Source: Lachnospiraceae bacterium
GTDB taxonomy: Bacteria > Bacillota > Clostridia > Lachnospirales > Lachnospiraceae
DNA length: 32,000 nucleotides
Assembly: GCA_017511185.1 (NCBI GenBank)
Contig: JAFWLF010000093.1
Coordinates: 737 to 32,736, forward strand
Direction: 5' to 3'
The first letter of the stretch is position 1. Every line of letters begins with the position of its first letter. Positions 23,680 through 31,651 of the stretch are shown piece after piece. Below the pieces are notes generated by a model. The model was not told the DNA's origin. It saw only the letters and a program-made list of their open reading frames with translations, and did no database searches. A program made the position numbers and the translations under genes.

Positions 23680-23912
23680 TAAAAACAACGGCAATCATCG
23701 GTGAGCCGGCGCCTTTCGAAACAGGAACCGTCTGCCAGATCTGCAACAGGTTTATTCCTACACCGGCGATGAGGGCAGACAGATGGATCTGCCAGGAATG
23801 CAGCAGGCGATTAAAGAAAGTGATCTATCCCGAATCTGATCCGGAACTCTGCACCCAGGACGAGATCCAGCATGTAGGCTACGACGATGCGCAGCTCGGG
23901 AGGAATAAATGA
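23676..23912 (+). CDS. Small zinc-ribbon protein (CQICNRF...CQECSRR)
   Basis: 78 aa with two CxxC pairs. Translationally coupled. Confidence 0.55.
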   Translation: MIKTTAIIGEPAPFETGTVCQICNRFIPTPAMRADRWICQECSRRLKKVIYPESDPELCTQDEIQHVGYDDAQLGRNK

Positions 23913-24088
23913 GCAAATTCGCATTTGAAGCAGAGCGGCAGCGGGACGGATCTTACATCATGTGCATCAGCGGGAAACTGTACAGATGCAAAGACTGGGA
24001 AGACGTGTGCAGGCAGTACCGGAAACACCTGGAAGGAAAACCGAATGGGAGTGACGATAATAATGGCGGGATTCAAAGAGACGTTTGA
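23909..24088 (+). CDS. Hypothetical 59-aa protein, absent from the ORF track
   Basis: ATGA overlap with the upstream stop. Translates as MSKFAFEAERQRDGSYIMCISGKLYRCKDWEDVCRQY... Confidence 0.4.
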   Translation: MSKFAFEAERQRDGSYIMCISGKLYRCKDWEDVCRQYRKHLEGKPNGSDDNNGGIQRDV

Positions 24089-24476
24089 CGACAGTAAGCA
24101 GTTTTTTCTACCTGACGGTAGAGCATACGAAACCGTGCCGATGCGGGAATGTGCCATCCACCACGATGACAGGATCCTGAATGATCTGGCAAAGCATGTG
24201 ATCATCCAGGCCGTGCAGGACTGGCATAAACTCAACAAGGGCGGGCGGAAAGACTGGTGCTATGGAGAAGGATCATCTGTCGTCTGGAGGCATGAACTGG
24301 TGCGGTTTTTCAACGGTTCGTTCTGCTGCGACCTCCTGGAGCTGATCATGCCGGACGTGACACAGCAGGAAGCCATCCAAAAAATGAACTCGATGGATTT
24401 CAGCCGGAGGCAGATCGGCATGGGCATGGGGAAACTGAAGGATTACGGATACAATCCGAGGAGAGGCGGAAAATGA
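24045..24476 (+). CDS. Hypothetical protein; start uncertain (24045 or 24063)
   Basis: The first 40 codons of the track ORF from 23925 look like an out-of-frame overlap of the previous gene. MGVTIIMAGFKETF... follows GGAAGGAAAA. Confidence 0.5.
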   Translation: MGVTIIMAGFKETFDDSKQFFLPDGRAYETVPMRECAIHHDDRILNDLAKHVIIQAVQDWHKLNKGGRKDWCYGEGSSVVWRHELVRFFNGSFCCDLLELIMPDVTQQEAIQKMNSMDFSRRQIGMGMGKLKDYGYNPRRGGK

Positions 24477-24688
24477 AGGAACCGAAAGACGCTGCCAGGG
24501 ATCTGCGGAACATCTATGATATGCCTTTCAAGATGCAGCTGCACGCGAACGGTCAATCTGATTACTCCTGTTCTCCATCAATGCTCCGGCAGATAAAGGA
24601 AACATGCCTCGAGGCGGCAGAGGTGATCGAAAACCTCCTGCTGGAGCGGGATAGCCTGCTGGATTTGTTGGAGAACGATGGCGGGTAA
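24473..24688 (+). CDS. Hypothetical small protein
   Basis: GGAGAGGCGGAAA RBS, 71 aa. Confidence 0.5.
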   Translation: MKEPKDAARDLRNIYDMPFKMQLHANGQSDYSCSPSMLRQIKETCLEAAEVIENLLLERDSLLDLLENDGG

Positions 24689-24944
24689 TGATGACCGCAG
24701 CCGGCAGAAGCGCTGGGAGGAATTTGATAACCGGCCATACGAGGCCGTGCCGGATGCCGTGACGGGATACAGCTTCCCGGAAAGCACGATGAGGGAGTGC
24801 CCGCACCCGGCCGTCAGGAAGAAATATCAGTTTTACGACGGGCGCTGCCCGGTCAGCCCGTGGACGTGCAGATCAAAATGCAAATTTGCGATCACGTTCA
24901 CCGGCCACGGAGGCGTCGCCTGCGGATATAAAAAAGAAAAATGA
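24678..24944 (+). CDS. Hypothetical Cys-containing small protein
   Basis: 88 aa, GGAGAACG RBS. Confidence 0.5.
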   Translation: MAGNDDRSRQKRWEEFDNRPYEAVPDAVTGYSFPESTMRECPHPAVRKKYQFYDGRCPVSPWTCRSKCKFAITFTGHGGVACGYKKEK

Positions 24945-24952
24945 GGTGTTCC

Positions 24953-25300
24953 ATGGAAGCAATTGAAGAAATCAAAAGGCTGCAGATCGGGAAAGAAAAC
25001 AGCCCGGCATGGATGATCGGCCAGCAGCTGATCGACATGATCAAAGCGGATGAGCGGATCGCTCCGATCATCGGGGAGGATCTGCAGAATCCGGGCATGA
25101 GCTTGGAGAAATGCGCGGAAGCCATGAAAAAGCGCGCGGATGAGATCCACAGCAAGACAAAAGGAAACTGCGTCTGCATAACTCCGGCGGAAGCGGAAAA
25201 GGTCATCCGGAAGTTTTACGGCCTGCCGGATCCTGCCGAAGCAGCAGCACCGGAACCGGTTAATCAGGCGGATATCATAAGCCTGGAGGATTTCCTGTGA
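24953..25300 (+). CDS. PcfK-like protein (the family that includes anti-CRISPR AcrIIA9); tentative
   Basis: The ATG at 24953 follows GAGGTG. The pattern ...MSLEKCAEAMKKRADEIHSKTKGNCVCITPAEAEKVIRKFYGL resembles PcfK-like proteins. It lies immediately upstream of a PcfJ-domain gene. Confidence 0.4.
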   Translation: MEAIEEIKRLQIGKENSPAWMIGQQLIDMIKADERIAPIIGEDLQNPGMSLEKCAEAMKKRADEIHSKTKGNCVCITPAEAEKVIRKFYGLPDPAEAAAPEPVNQADIISLEDFL

Positions 25301-27111
25301 TGAAAAAGAAAACCGATGAGCGGGAATGGGCGGAGGACCTGCTGGACCGTTTGCCGGAAGAGGCATCGGATGAGGTGGTTTCATTTGCCAGAGGGCTGGA
25401 AGAAATCAATCCGCCGGTGATCCTCTTCGGCAGGGAAAGCGTGCCGGAGCCGCATTATGACATTATGACCTGCCTCGGATGGATAGGGAAAGAAAAATAC
25501 CACTGGGGAGCAAGATGCCGCTGCACATCCTGCGGGGACGTCTTCGATGCGGGATATAAAGACAATCACGTCGTCCTGCTGCAGATGGAGGACGGCAACC
25601 TGCTGGAAGGCTGGACGAGCGGGGACGAATATGAGGACGTCTCATTCGCAGAAGGGACGACTATGGAATGCCCGCGGTGCGGGCAGCACGCGATCCTCGT
25701 CAGGAGATCCTCCATCCGGGGAAGGAGAAGATGCAGCACCCAGGTCGTGGAACTGGCCAATATTGGGAGCACAACCGTGCTCATATACTGGATAGCGACA
25801 TACTACCTGAAAAAGACCGGATATGAATGGGGAGGGATTTCACCCAGGGCAGCCGTTGCGATCTCTCCGGGGGGAAACCTGTTCCGGTACAGCCATGTGG
25901 GCTGCACAATGACAGCGGAATACTGGATCGAGAAATGGAAAGAGATCAAAGGGATGCGAGATCCGGAAATGATGCCGTTCAGCGCTGAGGGACCAGTCAG
26001 GAGAACCATCGGCGGATATTATATCCGGACTGCCGGAGATATGCAGGGCACGACGGGAGAAAAAACAGGGATCGCCGCATACTTCACACCGGAGGCCCAG
26101 AAGGCGGCAACATACCTGATGCTCTGGAAGAGATACCCGAATATAGAAAACCTTGCAAACACCGGGGCAAAAGTGCTGTTGGAAACGCTCGTTGAAAAGT
26201 GCCAGAAGCGCGTCAATTACAGCTATGCATCCTTCTGTTTCACGGTACCGGATATGGAAATCAATTTCCGGGAGAAGAAGCCTCACAGGATGCTCGGCGT
26301 GACGAGGCCGGAATTCAAAGCTATCGCTTTAAAACGGTGGTCGGTGGACGATCTGGATGCGTTTCAGGAATACAGAAGCATGCACCCGAAAACCAGGGCG
26401 GAAGAATTCACGGAATGGCTGAAAACGCTGGGAGGAGAAACGCTCGAGACTCTCCGGCCGTTCTGGGCGGAAGGCCTTGATAAGCTGTACAGATATCTCT
26501 GCCGGCAGGAAGCGGATCACGGGATCGGGGTGATCGAGCATTACTACTGCGATTACCGAAACATGCTGGATCGGCTGAGGGCATTGTCAGGCATCGCCGG
26601 TGCTTTGACACAGGTGGAGAAGTTCCCGGTCGATCTCGTCGAAGCCCATGAGCGCGTAAACGACGCGATCAGAGCGATCAAGCGGGAGAGAAAGCAGCGT
26701 GGCGGGAGCAAAGAGCAGTTCCAGACCTTCGCGGAGCTGAAACAGAAGCACGCAGCTCTGGAATGGAAGAGCGGGGAATACTGCATCATCATCCCGGAAA
26801 GCCCGGAGGATCTGGTGCGGGAGGGCGAGACGCTCCACCACTGCGTCGGAGGCTACGCATCCCAGCACTGCAAAGGACAGATGATCTTTTTCGTCCGGCA
26901 TGCCAGGCGGCCGGAGCGCAGCTGGTTCACCCTGAACGAGAATATCAACGGAGAGAACGTCTCCCGAATCCAGCTGCATGGATACGGAAACGAATTCGCT
27001 CATGGGAAGCGGCTGACGATCCCGGAGAAAGTGGAAAACTTTGTGCAGGAATGGGAAACAACGATTCTGGCACCATATCTGAAAAATAAAAGCAGGAGGA
27101 TAACCGCATGA
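25297..27111 (+). CDS. PcfJ-domain protein with N-terminal Cys clusters
   Basis: The C-terminal LVREGETLHHCVGGYASQHCKGQMIFFVRH....WFTL matches the PcfJ-like domain signature. 604 aa. Confidence 0.7.
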   Translation: MMKKKTDEREWAEDLLDRLPEEASDEVVSFARGLEEINPPVILFGRESVPEPHYDIMTCLGWIGKEKYHWGARCRCTSCGDVFDAGYKDNHVVLLQMEDGNLLEGWTSGDEYEDVSFAEGTTMECPRCGQHAILVRRSSIRGRRRCSTQVVELANIGSTTVLIYWIATYYLKKTGYEWGGISPRAAVAISPGGNLFRYSHVGCTMTAEYWIEKWKEIKGMRDPEMMPFSAEGPVRRTIGGYYIRTAGDMQGTTGEKTGIAAYFTPEAQKAATYLMLWKRYPNIENLANTGAKVLLETLVEKCQKRVNYSYASFCFTVPDMEINFREKKPHRMLGVTRPEFKAIALKRWSVDDLDAFQEYRSMHPKTRAEEFTEWLKTLGGETLETLRPFWAEGLDKLYRYLCRQEADHGIGVIEHYYCDYRNMLDRLRALSGIAGALTQVEKFPVDLVEAHERVNDAIRAIKRERKQRGGSKEQFQTFAELKQKHAALEWKSGEYCIIIPESPEDLVREGETLHHCVGGYASQHCKGQMIFFVRHARRPERSWFTLNENINGENVSRIQLHGYGNEFAHGKRLTIPEKVENFVQEWETTILAPYLKNKSRRITA

Positions 27112-28073
27112 GCGAAGAACTGACCATCACAAGAACCACAGCCGTCCGGGAAGGAGAATTCCGGGATATCAACACGATCACGACAGAGATCAAAACGCTG
27201 TACCAGACGGCGCTCCGTTCGGAGCTCTCCTACGCCGTGCAGCTGGGGCGGAAGCTGACCGAGGCAAAGCAGCTGGTGGAGCATGGGGAATGGGGAAGCT
27301 GGATCAAAGACAACCTGCCTTTCTCACAGGACAAGGCATCCATGATGATGAAGATCTACGATGCCTACGGAGCAAATCAGGAGAGTCTTTTCGGGGATAT
27401 AAATTCCGAAACGTTTCGGAATTTGGGAATTTCTCAGGCTTTTGCCCTGCTTTCTGTACCGGAAAACGAGAGGGAGCAGTTCGTGAAGGACAACGATGTG
27501 GAGAGCATGTCCGTCCGGGAACTGAAAAAAGCGATCGAGGAGCGGGACGCTGCCATAACGGTCCGGAAGGCGCTTGAGGAAGACAATAAAAAATTGAGAG
27601 AATCAAACGTCAACCTCAACATGAAAGCGCAGCAGGTGGAGAATCTGCAGAAGGAAGCCGAAAAGGCTGTTGATAAAGCAAAGAAGGCGGAAGCGGCCAA
27701 AGATACCGCGGTGAAGGAGCTGCAGGACGCCAGGGTGGAGTTGGCCAAGGCAAAAGCGGATCCCGTCATCCCGGAAGAAAAGAAAAAAGAGATCCGGGAC
27801 GAAGCACATGCGGAGGCAAAGGCGGAGATCGCCGCAGCGGAAGCCGGCAAGGCCGCAGCAGAGCAGAAGGCACGCGATCTGGAGAAGCAGCTGGCGCTTG
27901 CGTCGCCTGATTTGACAACATTCAAGCTGCTGTTTGAGGAGCTGCAGGAGACGCAGAACCGGCTGCAGGGCTGCCTGATGAAGATCCGGGGATCGGATCC
28001 GGAGACGGCCGAGAAGCTGGCCAAAGCGACCATGCAGGTCGTCAGTCAATTTGTGAAGAAGGTGGAAGCATGA
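27108..28073 (+). CDS. DUF3102-family protein with a long Lys/Ala/Glu coiled-coil C-terminus
   Basis: QLGRKLTEAKQLVEHGEWGSWIKDNLPFSQDKASMMMKIY is the DUF3102 core motif. Confidence 0.7.
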   Translation: MSEELTITRTTAVREGEFRDINTITTEIKTLYQTALRSELSYAVQLGRKLTEAKQLVEHGEWGSWIKDNLPFSQDKASMMMKIYDAYGANQESLFGDINSETFRNLGISQAFALLSVPENEREQFVKDNDVESMSVRELKKAIEERDAAITVRKALEEDNKKLRESNVNLNMKAQQVENLQKEAEKAVDKAKKAEAAKDTAVKELQDARVELAKAKADPVIPEEKKKEIRDEAHAEAKAEIAAAEAGKAAAEQKARDLEKQLALASPDLTTFKLLFEELQETQNRLQGCLMKIRGSDPETAEKLAKATMQVVSQFVKKVEA

Positions 28074-28240
28074 TGGAAAAATATTATTCTGTTATGGAGG
28101 GGGACACTGTTCTCGCGGAGCACATGACAATTGAGCACGCATTGCTCTTTATTAAAGCGTTGTTTGAACAGTATTACAATGAGCGGGACTGCTCATATAT
28201 TATCCATTTGGAAGAGCCAGAGAAGGAGGAAAATCAATGA
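28070..28240 (+). CDS. Hypothetical 56-aa protein, absent from the ORF track
   Basis: ATGA overlaps at both ends. Confidence 0.45.
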   Translation: MMEKYYSVMEGDTVLAEHMTIEHALLFIKALFEQYYNERDCSYIIHLEEPEKEENQ

Positions 28241-28755
28241 ACTTCAAGAAATTAGCTTCCGTATTATCAAAGAAAAAAATATTGATATTAAGAACCGACG
28301 GGAATGGCGTGCAGTGGGCTGGTGACGATGTATCTATGTACGAGCTGAGCGGGATGCCGAAATTCACAACGGATACACTTCTTTTTTGTTTCGGGGTGAA
28401 CATGTCGAAAAAGGACAGCTGGCTGATGGAAGAAGCAGATTTCCCGGAGGAGTTTGACACATCCCCGGAACTGACAAGTGATCTGCCGATCGTGATCGAT
28501 GAGAATATGATCATTATCAGCGGAAGCACTTATGCGCTGCTGCATACGGCAGACTGTTGCTTTATTCTGCCCGAGCGTTATACGATCCCGATTATGACGG
28601 AACAGACTCATCTGTTCCTGCGGACGATGCCGATAACGGGAGAGGCGAAGATCATCGCCAGGGAGGGCATGTTTGTCACGGCGATCTTCCAGCCGGTCAA
28701 TGCGACGGAAGAGATTACAAAATGGCTGGAAAAGACAGCGAATGCTGTCAGATAG
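28237..28755 (+). CDS. Hypothetical protein
   Basis: GAAGGAGGAAAATCA RBS, 172 aa. Confidence 0.55.
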   Translation: MNFKKLASVLSKKKILILRTDGNGVQWAGDDVSMYELSGMPKFTTDTLLFCFGVNMSKKDSWLMEEADFPEEFDTSPELTSDLPIVIDENMIIISGSTYALLHTADCCFILPERYTIPIMTEQTHLFLRTMPITGEAKIIAREGMFVTAIFQPVNATEEITKWLEKTANAVR

Positions 28756-28763
28756 GAGGAGAA

Positions 28764-28919
28764 ATGGTATTTGAAGTGGATGTACCGGAAAAAACAAAAG
28801 CAGTCAGCATGACAATCATTGTTGACGGAGAGAACACAATGCAGGTGCGATCCTTTGTTTTCACACCCGGTAACGGCGAAGTGTTTGTATTCCCGGAAAC
28901 TGACAATGAGAATGATTGA
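28764..28919 (+). CDS. Hypothetical 51-aa protein
   Basis: TAGGAGGAGAA precedes the ATG at 28764. The upstream part of the track ORF (from 28557) overlaps the previous gene and is rejected. Confidence 0.45.
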   Translation: MVFEVDVPEKTKAVSMTIIVDGENTMQVRSFVFTPGNGEVFVFPETDNEND

Positions 28920-29118
28920 TGCTGATCTTCTGATCGAAATGCTGAAAAATGCAAAAGAAGCACAGAAACAGGAAAAGGAGGACCAGATCGAGCGGGCTGC
29001 TCTGGATGTGATATACGATTTTGCAATTGAGGCCGTTGAGGAAGTAGCGGAGTTAATAGAGGAAGGAAGCAAAAGAAATGGCCATGATAGACAAGCAGAT
29101 CCTTGTGAAGGAAGTTGA
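28906..29118 (+). CDS. Hypothetical acidic helical protein; overlaps the recombinase start by 41 nt
   Basis: Internal ATG at 28906 of the track ORF 28819-29118. Confidence 0.35.
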   Translation: MRMIDADLLIEMLKNAKEAQKQEKEDQIERAALDVIYDFAIEAVEEVAELIEEGSKRNGHDRQADPCEGS

Positions 29119-30064
29119 AAAAGCATTATATGACAAGCTGACTGCGAAGGATATCAACACCGTAGCAACGGCACTGATGAACCGGCTGGCGGTATATGAA
29201 CTGAAACGGACGGAGGAATCCGAAACAGCCGGGGATTCAGAAGAACTGTTGAGCGGGTTCCTGGACGCGAAGCGGCTCTCCGGCTGCTCGGAAAAAACGC
29301 TGACCAGATATCGGTACGTCATCGGAAGAATGCTGGAGAGCGTAAAGGTGCCGATTCGTGAGATCACTGTGTACCACCTGCGCGGTTATCTGATGGATGA
29401 GAAAAAGCGCGGCATAAAAGACAGCACGCTGAACGGGAACAGGCAGGTATACAATTCCATGTTCAGCTGGCTGAAGCGGGAGGGAATGATCCCGATAAAT
29501 CCATGCGCGAACCTGGAAACGATTCGGAAAAAGAGGGAGATGAGGAAACCGTTCTCTGACGTGGAGATTGAAAGACTGAAGGAAGCCTGCACAAGCCTTC
29601 GGGATAAGGCTATCATAACCTTCCTGCTTTCAACGGGCTGCCGGATCAGTGAGGCGTGCGAACTGAACGTGGAAGATATCGACCTGCAGAACATGGAATG
29701 CACCGTGCTCGGGAAAGGAAATAAGGAAAGAAAGGTATACATGAACCCGGTGGCGGAGCTCCATCTGGAAGACTATCTGGACGAGCGGGGGAAAAAGGAA
29801 GGGCCTCTTTTCGCAGGAAAGGGATCCGAGAGGCTTCAGCCGGGAGGCGTCCGCACAATGCTTAAAAAAGTGGCTGAGCGGGCTGGTGTGGAAAACGTGC
29901 ACCCGCACCGTTTCCGGAGGACGCTGGCGACCAATCTGATCAAGCGCGGAATGACGATCCAGGAAGTGGCCAGGGTGCTCGGCCATGAGAAGATCGACAC
30001 GACAATGCGGTATATCTATCTCGATGACAGGGATGTAAAGAACAACCATATGAAATACGCCTGA
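29078..30064 (+). CDS. Tyrosine recombinase (XerC/XerD-like, phage integrase family)
   Basis: The C-terminal catalytic pattern is present: ...TGCRISEA..., HPHRFRRTLAT, LGHEKIDTTMRYIY. There is an N-terminal SAM-like core-binding domain. Confidence 0.85.
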   Translation: MAMIDKQILVKEVEKALYDKLTAKDINTVATALMNRLAVYELKRTEESETAGDSEELLSGFLDAKRLSGCSEKTLTRYRYVIGRMLESVKVPIREITVYHLRGYLMDEKKRGIKDSTLNGNRQVYNSMFSWLKREGMIPINPCANLETIRKKREMRKPFSDVEIERLKEACTSLRDKAIITFLLSTGCRISEACELNVEDIDLQNMECTVLGKGNKERKVYMNPVAELHLEDYLDERGKKEGPLFAGKGSERLQPGGVRTMLKKVAERAGVENVHPHRFRRTLATNLIKRGMTIQEVARVLGHEKIDTTMRYIYLDDRDVKNNHMKYA

Positions 30065-30146
30065 GACTTTGAGCCTGCTGCACCGGAAGGCCGATGCAGC
30101 TGCCTGAGAGCCTTAAGCACCTTGAAAACTGAAAGATCTTCTTTAT

Positions 30147-30174
30147 ATAGGTACGCGCGCGCACGCGTATCTAT
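30147..30174. other. Hairpin with an alternating-CG core immediately upstream of the Rep-like gene
   Basis: ATAGGTACGCG-cgcgca-CGCGTATCTAT: an 11-bp stem with one mismatch. It sits in an AT-rich context 49 nt before the ATG at 30223. Confidence 0.5.
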
Positions 30175-30222
30175 GAGGACCTTTTAGCGGCTAACATTAG
30201 AACACACCGGGAAGGAGCGGAG

Positions 30223-31017
30223 ATGAGAAGGCTGATGGAGTACAAGATTATATCAGGGCGCGTCATAGAAACAAAGCGAAGCTGGTTTTCTATGAATGAA
30301 TGTTTCAAACCCAGGGGGACGCGCAGAGCAGGCAGCACAAGTGAGAAGAAGATCCGGGCGAACGAGAAAAGCAGCATCCGGAACCTCGCCAGGGTGATCA
30401 ACTGCAACTTTGACGCCGGGGACGTATTTGCGACTCTGAGCTATGACGGGGATCACTACCGGCCGGATCTGGACTATGAGCAGGCAAAGCTGCAGCTGAA
30501 GAAGTTCAGGGCAAAGCTCCGGAAGATCTATGCCAGGGAGAAAGGCAAAACTCTGAGGGCAATCTGGGTGACGGCCAACTGGAGCCCGCACAGGGATGCT
30601 CCGACGCGGCTGCACCATCACATGGTCCTTCCGGAAGATGCGACGGAGATCGCCAGGGTGATATGGCAGGAATTCGGAGGAGCCGGAACCTTCAAGATGG
30701 AAGGCCTGGACAGCCGCGGGGATCACACGGATCTCGCTTCCTACATGTCGGAGAACGTTCATGGCCGTCCTGCCGGGGAAAACAAGTGGAGCTGCTGCCG
30801 CGGGATGGATCGGCCAATCTACACGGAGCCTGTGGAAGTGGCCGACATGGAAGACATGCAGCCGGATTATGACAGCACGATCAAGGACGTCGAGGAGATC
30901 CGCGACGATGACGGCCAGCTGATCGGCAAATACATGCGCTGCCTGCTGAAAGAGAGGCCGCATGTCAGGGGCGGGCAGGTGGTGCTGCCTAAGAAACAGA
31001 CCAGGAGGCGGACATGA
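30223..31017 (+). CDS. Putative HUH-type (rolling-circle Rep-like) replication initiator; tentative
   Basis: Three motifs occur in Rep order and spacing: FATLSY (motif 1), RLHHHMVLP (HxH, motif 2), DLASYMSEN (Tyr, motif 3, lacking the usual Lys). RBS is GGAAGGAG. Confidence 0.4.
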   Translation: MRRLMEYKIISGRVIETKRSWFSMNECFKPRGTRRAGSTSEKKIRANEKSSIRNLARVINCNFDAGDVFATLSYDGDHYRPDLDYEQAKLQLKKFRAKLRKIYAREKGKTLRAIWVTANWSPHRDAPTRLHHHMVLPEDATEIARVIWQEFGGAGTFKMEGLDSRGDHTDLASYMSENVHGRPAGENKWSCCRGMDRPIYTEPVEVADMEDMQPDYDSTIKDVEEIRDDDGQLIGKYMRCLLKERPHVRGGQVVLPKKQTRRRT

Positions 31018-31415
31018 GCAAACCGAGGGAACCATGGTGGGGATACGTCAAGAACGTGATCCGGAAGTATCCGGCATACAAGAAAGAGCTGCGGGCGCTC
31101 AGAAGCCAGAAGATCACGCCGGGATACAGCAAAGCGGGAGGCCGCGGATCAACGCAGCGAAAGACGGAAGCAATCGCTCTGCGGGAACTGCCGCCGAGGG
31201 ATCAGGAACGCTATGAAGCTGTTGACCGCGCCATGCGGAAGACAAGACACCTGCCGGATGGAGATCTCCGCTGCAGGCTGATCGAGATGACGTATTTCAG
31301 GAAGACGCACAACATGCAGGGGGCTGCCATGGTCCTGCACGCGGATTACTGCACCGTGCTGCGCTGGAACAGGTCTTTTGTCTATCTCGTTGCGGAATAT
31401 ATGGGCCTGACATAA
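31014..31415 (+). CDS. Late-gene transcriptional activator (RinA/ArpU-like, sigma-70 region-4-like HTH)
   Basis: VIRKYPAYKKEL... and the C-terminal IEMTYFRKTHNMQGAAMVLHADYCTVLRWNRSFVYLVAEYMGL are typical. It lies upstream of the HNH and terminase genes. Confidence 0.65.
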   Translation: MSKPREPWWGYVKNVIRKYPAYKKELRALRSQKITPGYSKAGGRGSTQRKTEAIALRELPPRDQERYEAVDRAMRKTRHLPDGDLRCRLIEMTYFRKTHNMQGAAMVLHADYCTVLRWNRSFVYLVAEYMGLT

Positions 31416-31440
31416 TTGCATTAAAAAAGCCTTTTTCGTG

Positions 31441-31631
31441 TGCTATAGTCGTACCGTCAAAAGCTATAGCATCAGGCGGGGGAAGTGGTCAGATCTCCTG
31501 CCTGTTGTTTCGCAGCCGCCGGGTGCAGGTTAATGGCGGCGCCGATTGCCAGTGTTCAGGTTTTTCATAGGGATCCTTTCTCCTTCACATACATCCTCGA
31601 TAAAAAGATTGACTCTCAATCACCTGCACCC
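31441..31631 (+). promoter_or_regulatory. Structured leader before the packaging genes
   Basis: TGCTATAG / CTATAGCA inverted repeat (31441-31448 and 31464-31471). GGGTGCAGGT (31521-31530) pairs with ACCTGCACCC (31622-31631), which is followed by TTTTTGATTTTTG. Confidence 0.45.
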
Positions 31632-31651
31632 TTTTTGATTTTTGTCTAAGC

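Noticed and set aside
27434-28049. Minus-strand ORFs of 199 aa and 148 aa opposite the DUF3102 gene
   Set aside because: They are antisense to the Lys/Ala/Glu coiled-coil region, which automatically gives open Ser/Ala/Phe-rich reverse frames.
30253-31035. 260-aa minus-strand ORF opposite the Rep-like gene
   Set aside because: The plus-strand ORF has a GGAAGGAG RBS, ordered HUH-like motifs, and is translationally coupled to the next gene. The minus ORF is a Pro/Arg-rich shadow.
31530-31568. 12-codon minus-strand micro-ORF (MKNLNTGNRRRH) with a GGAGAAAGG RBS in the late leader
   Set aside because: It is too short to support from sequence alone, and it is oriented against all surrounding transcription. 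It is noted only as a possible leader peptide.
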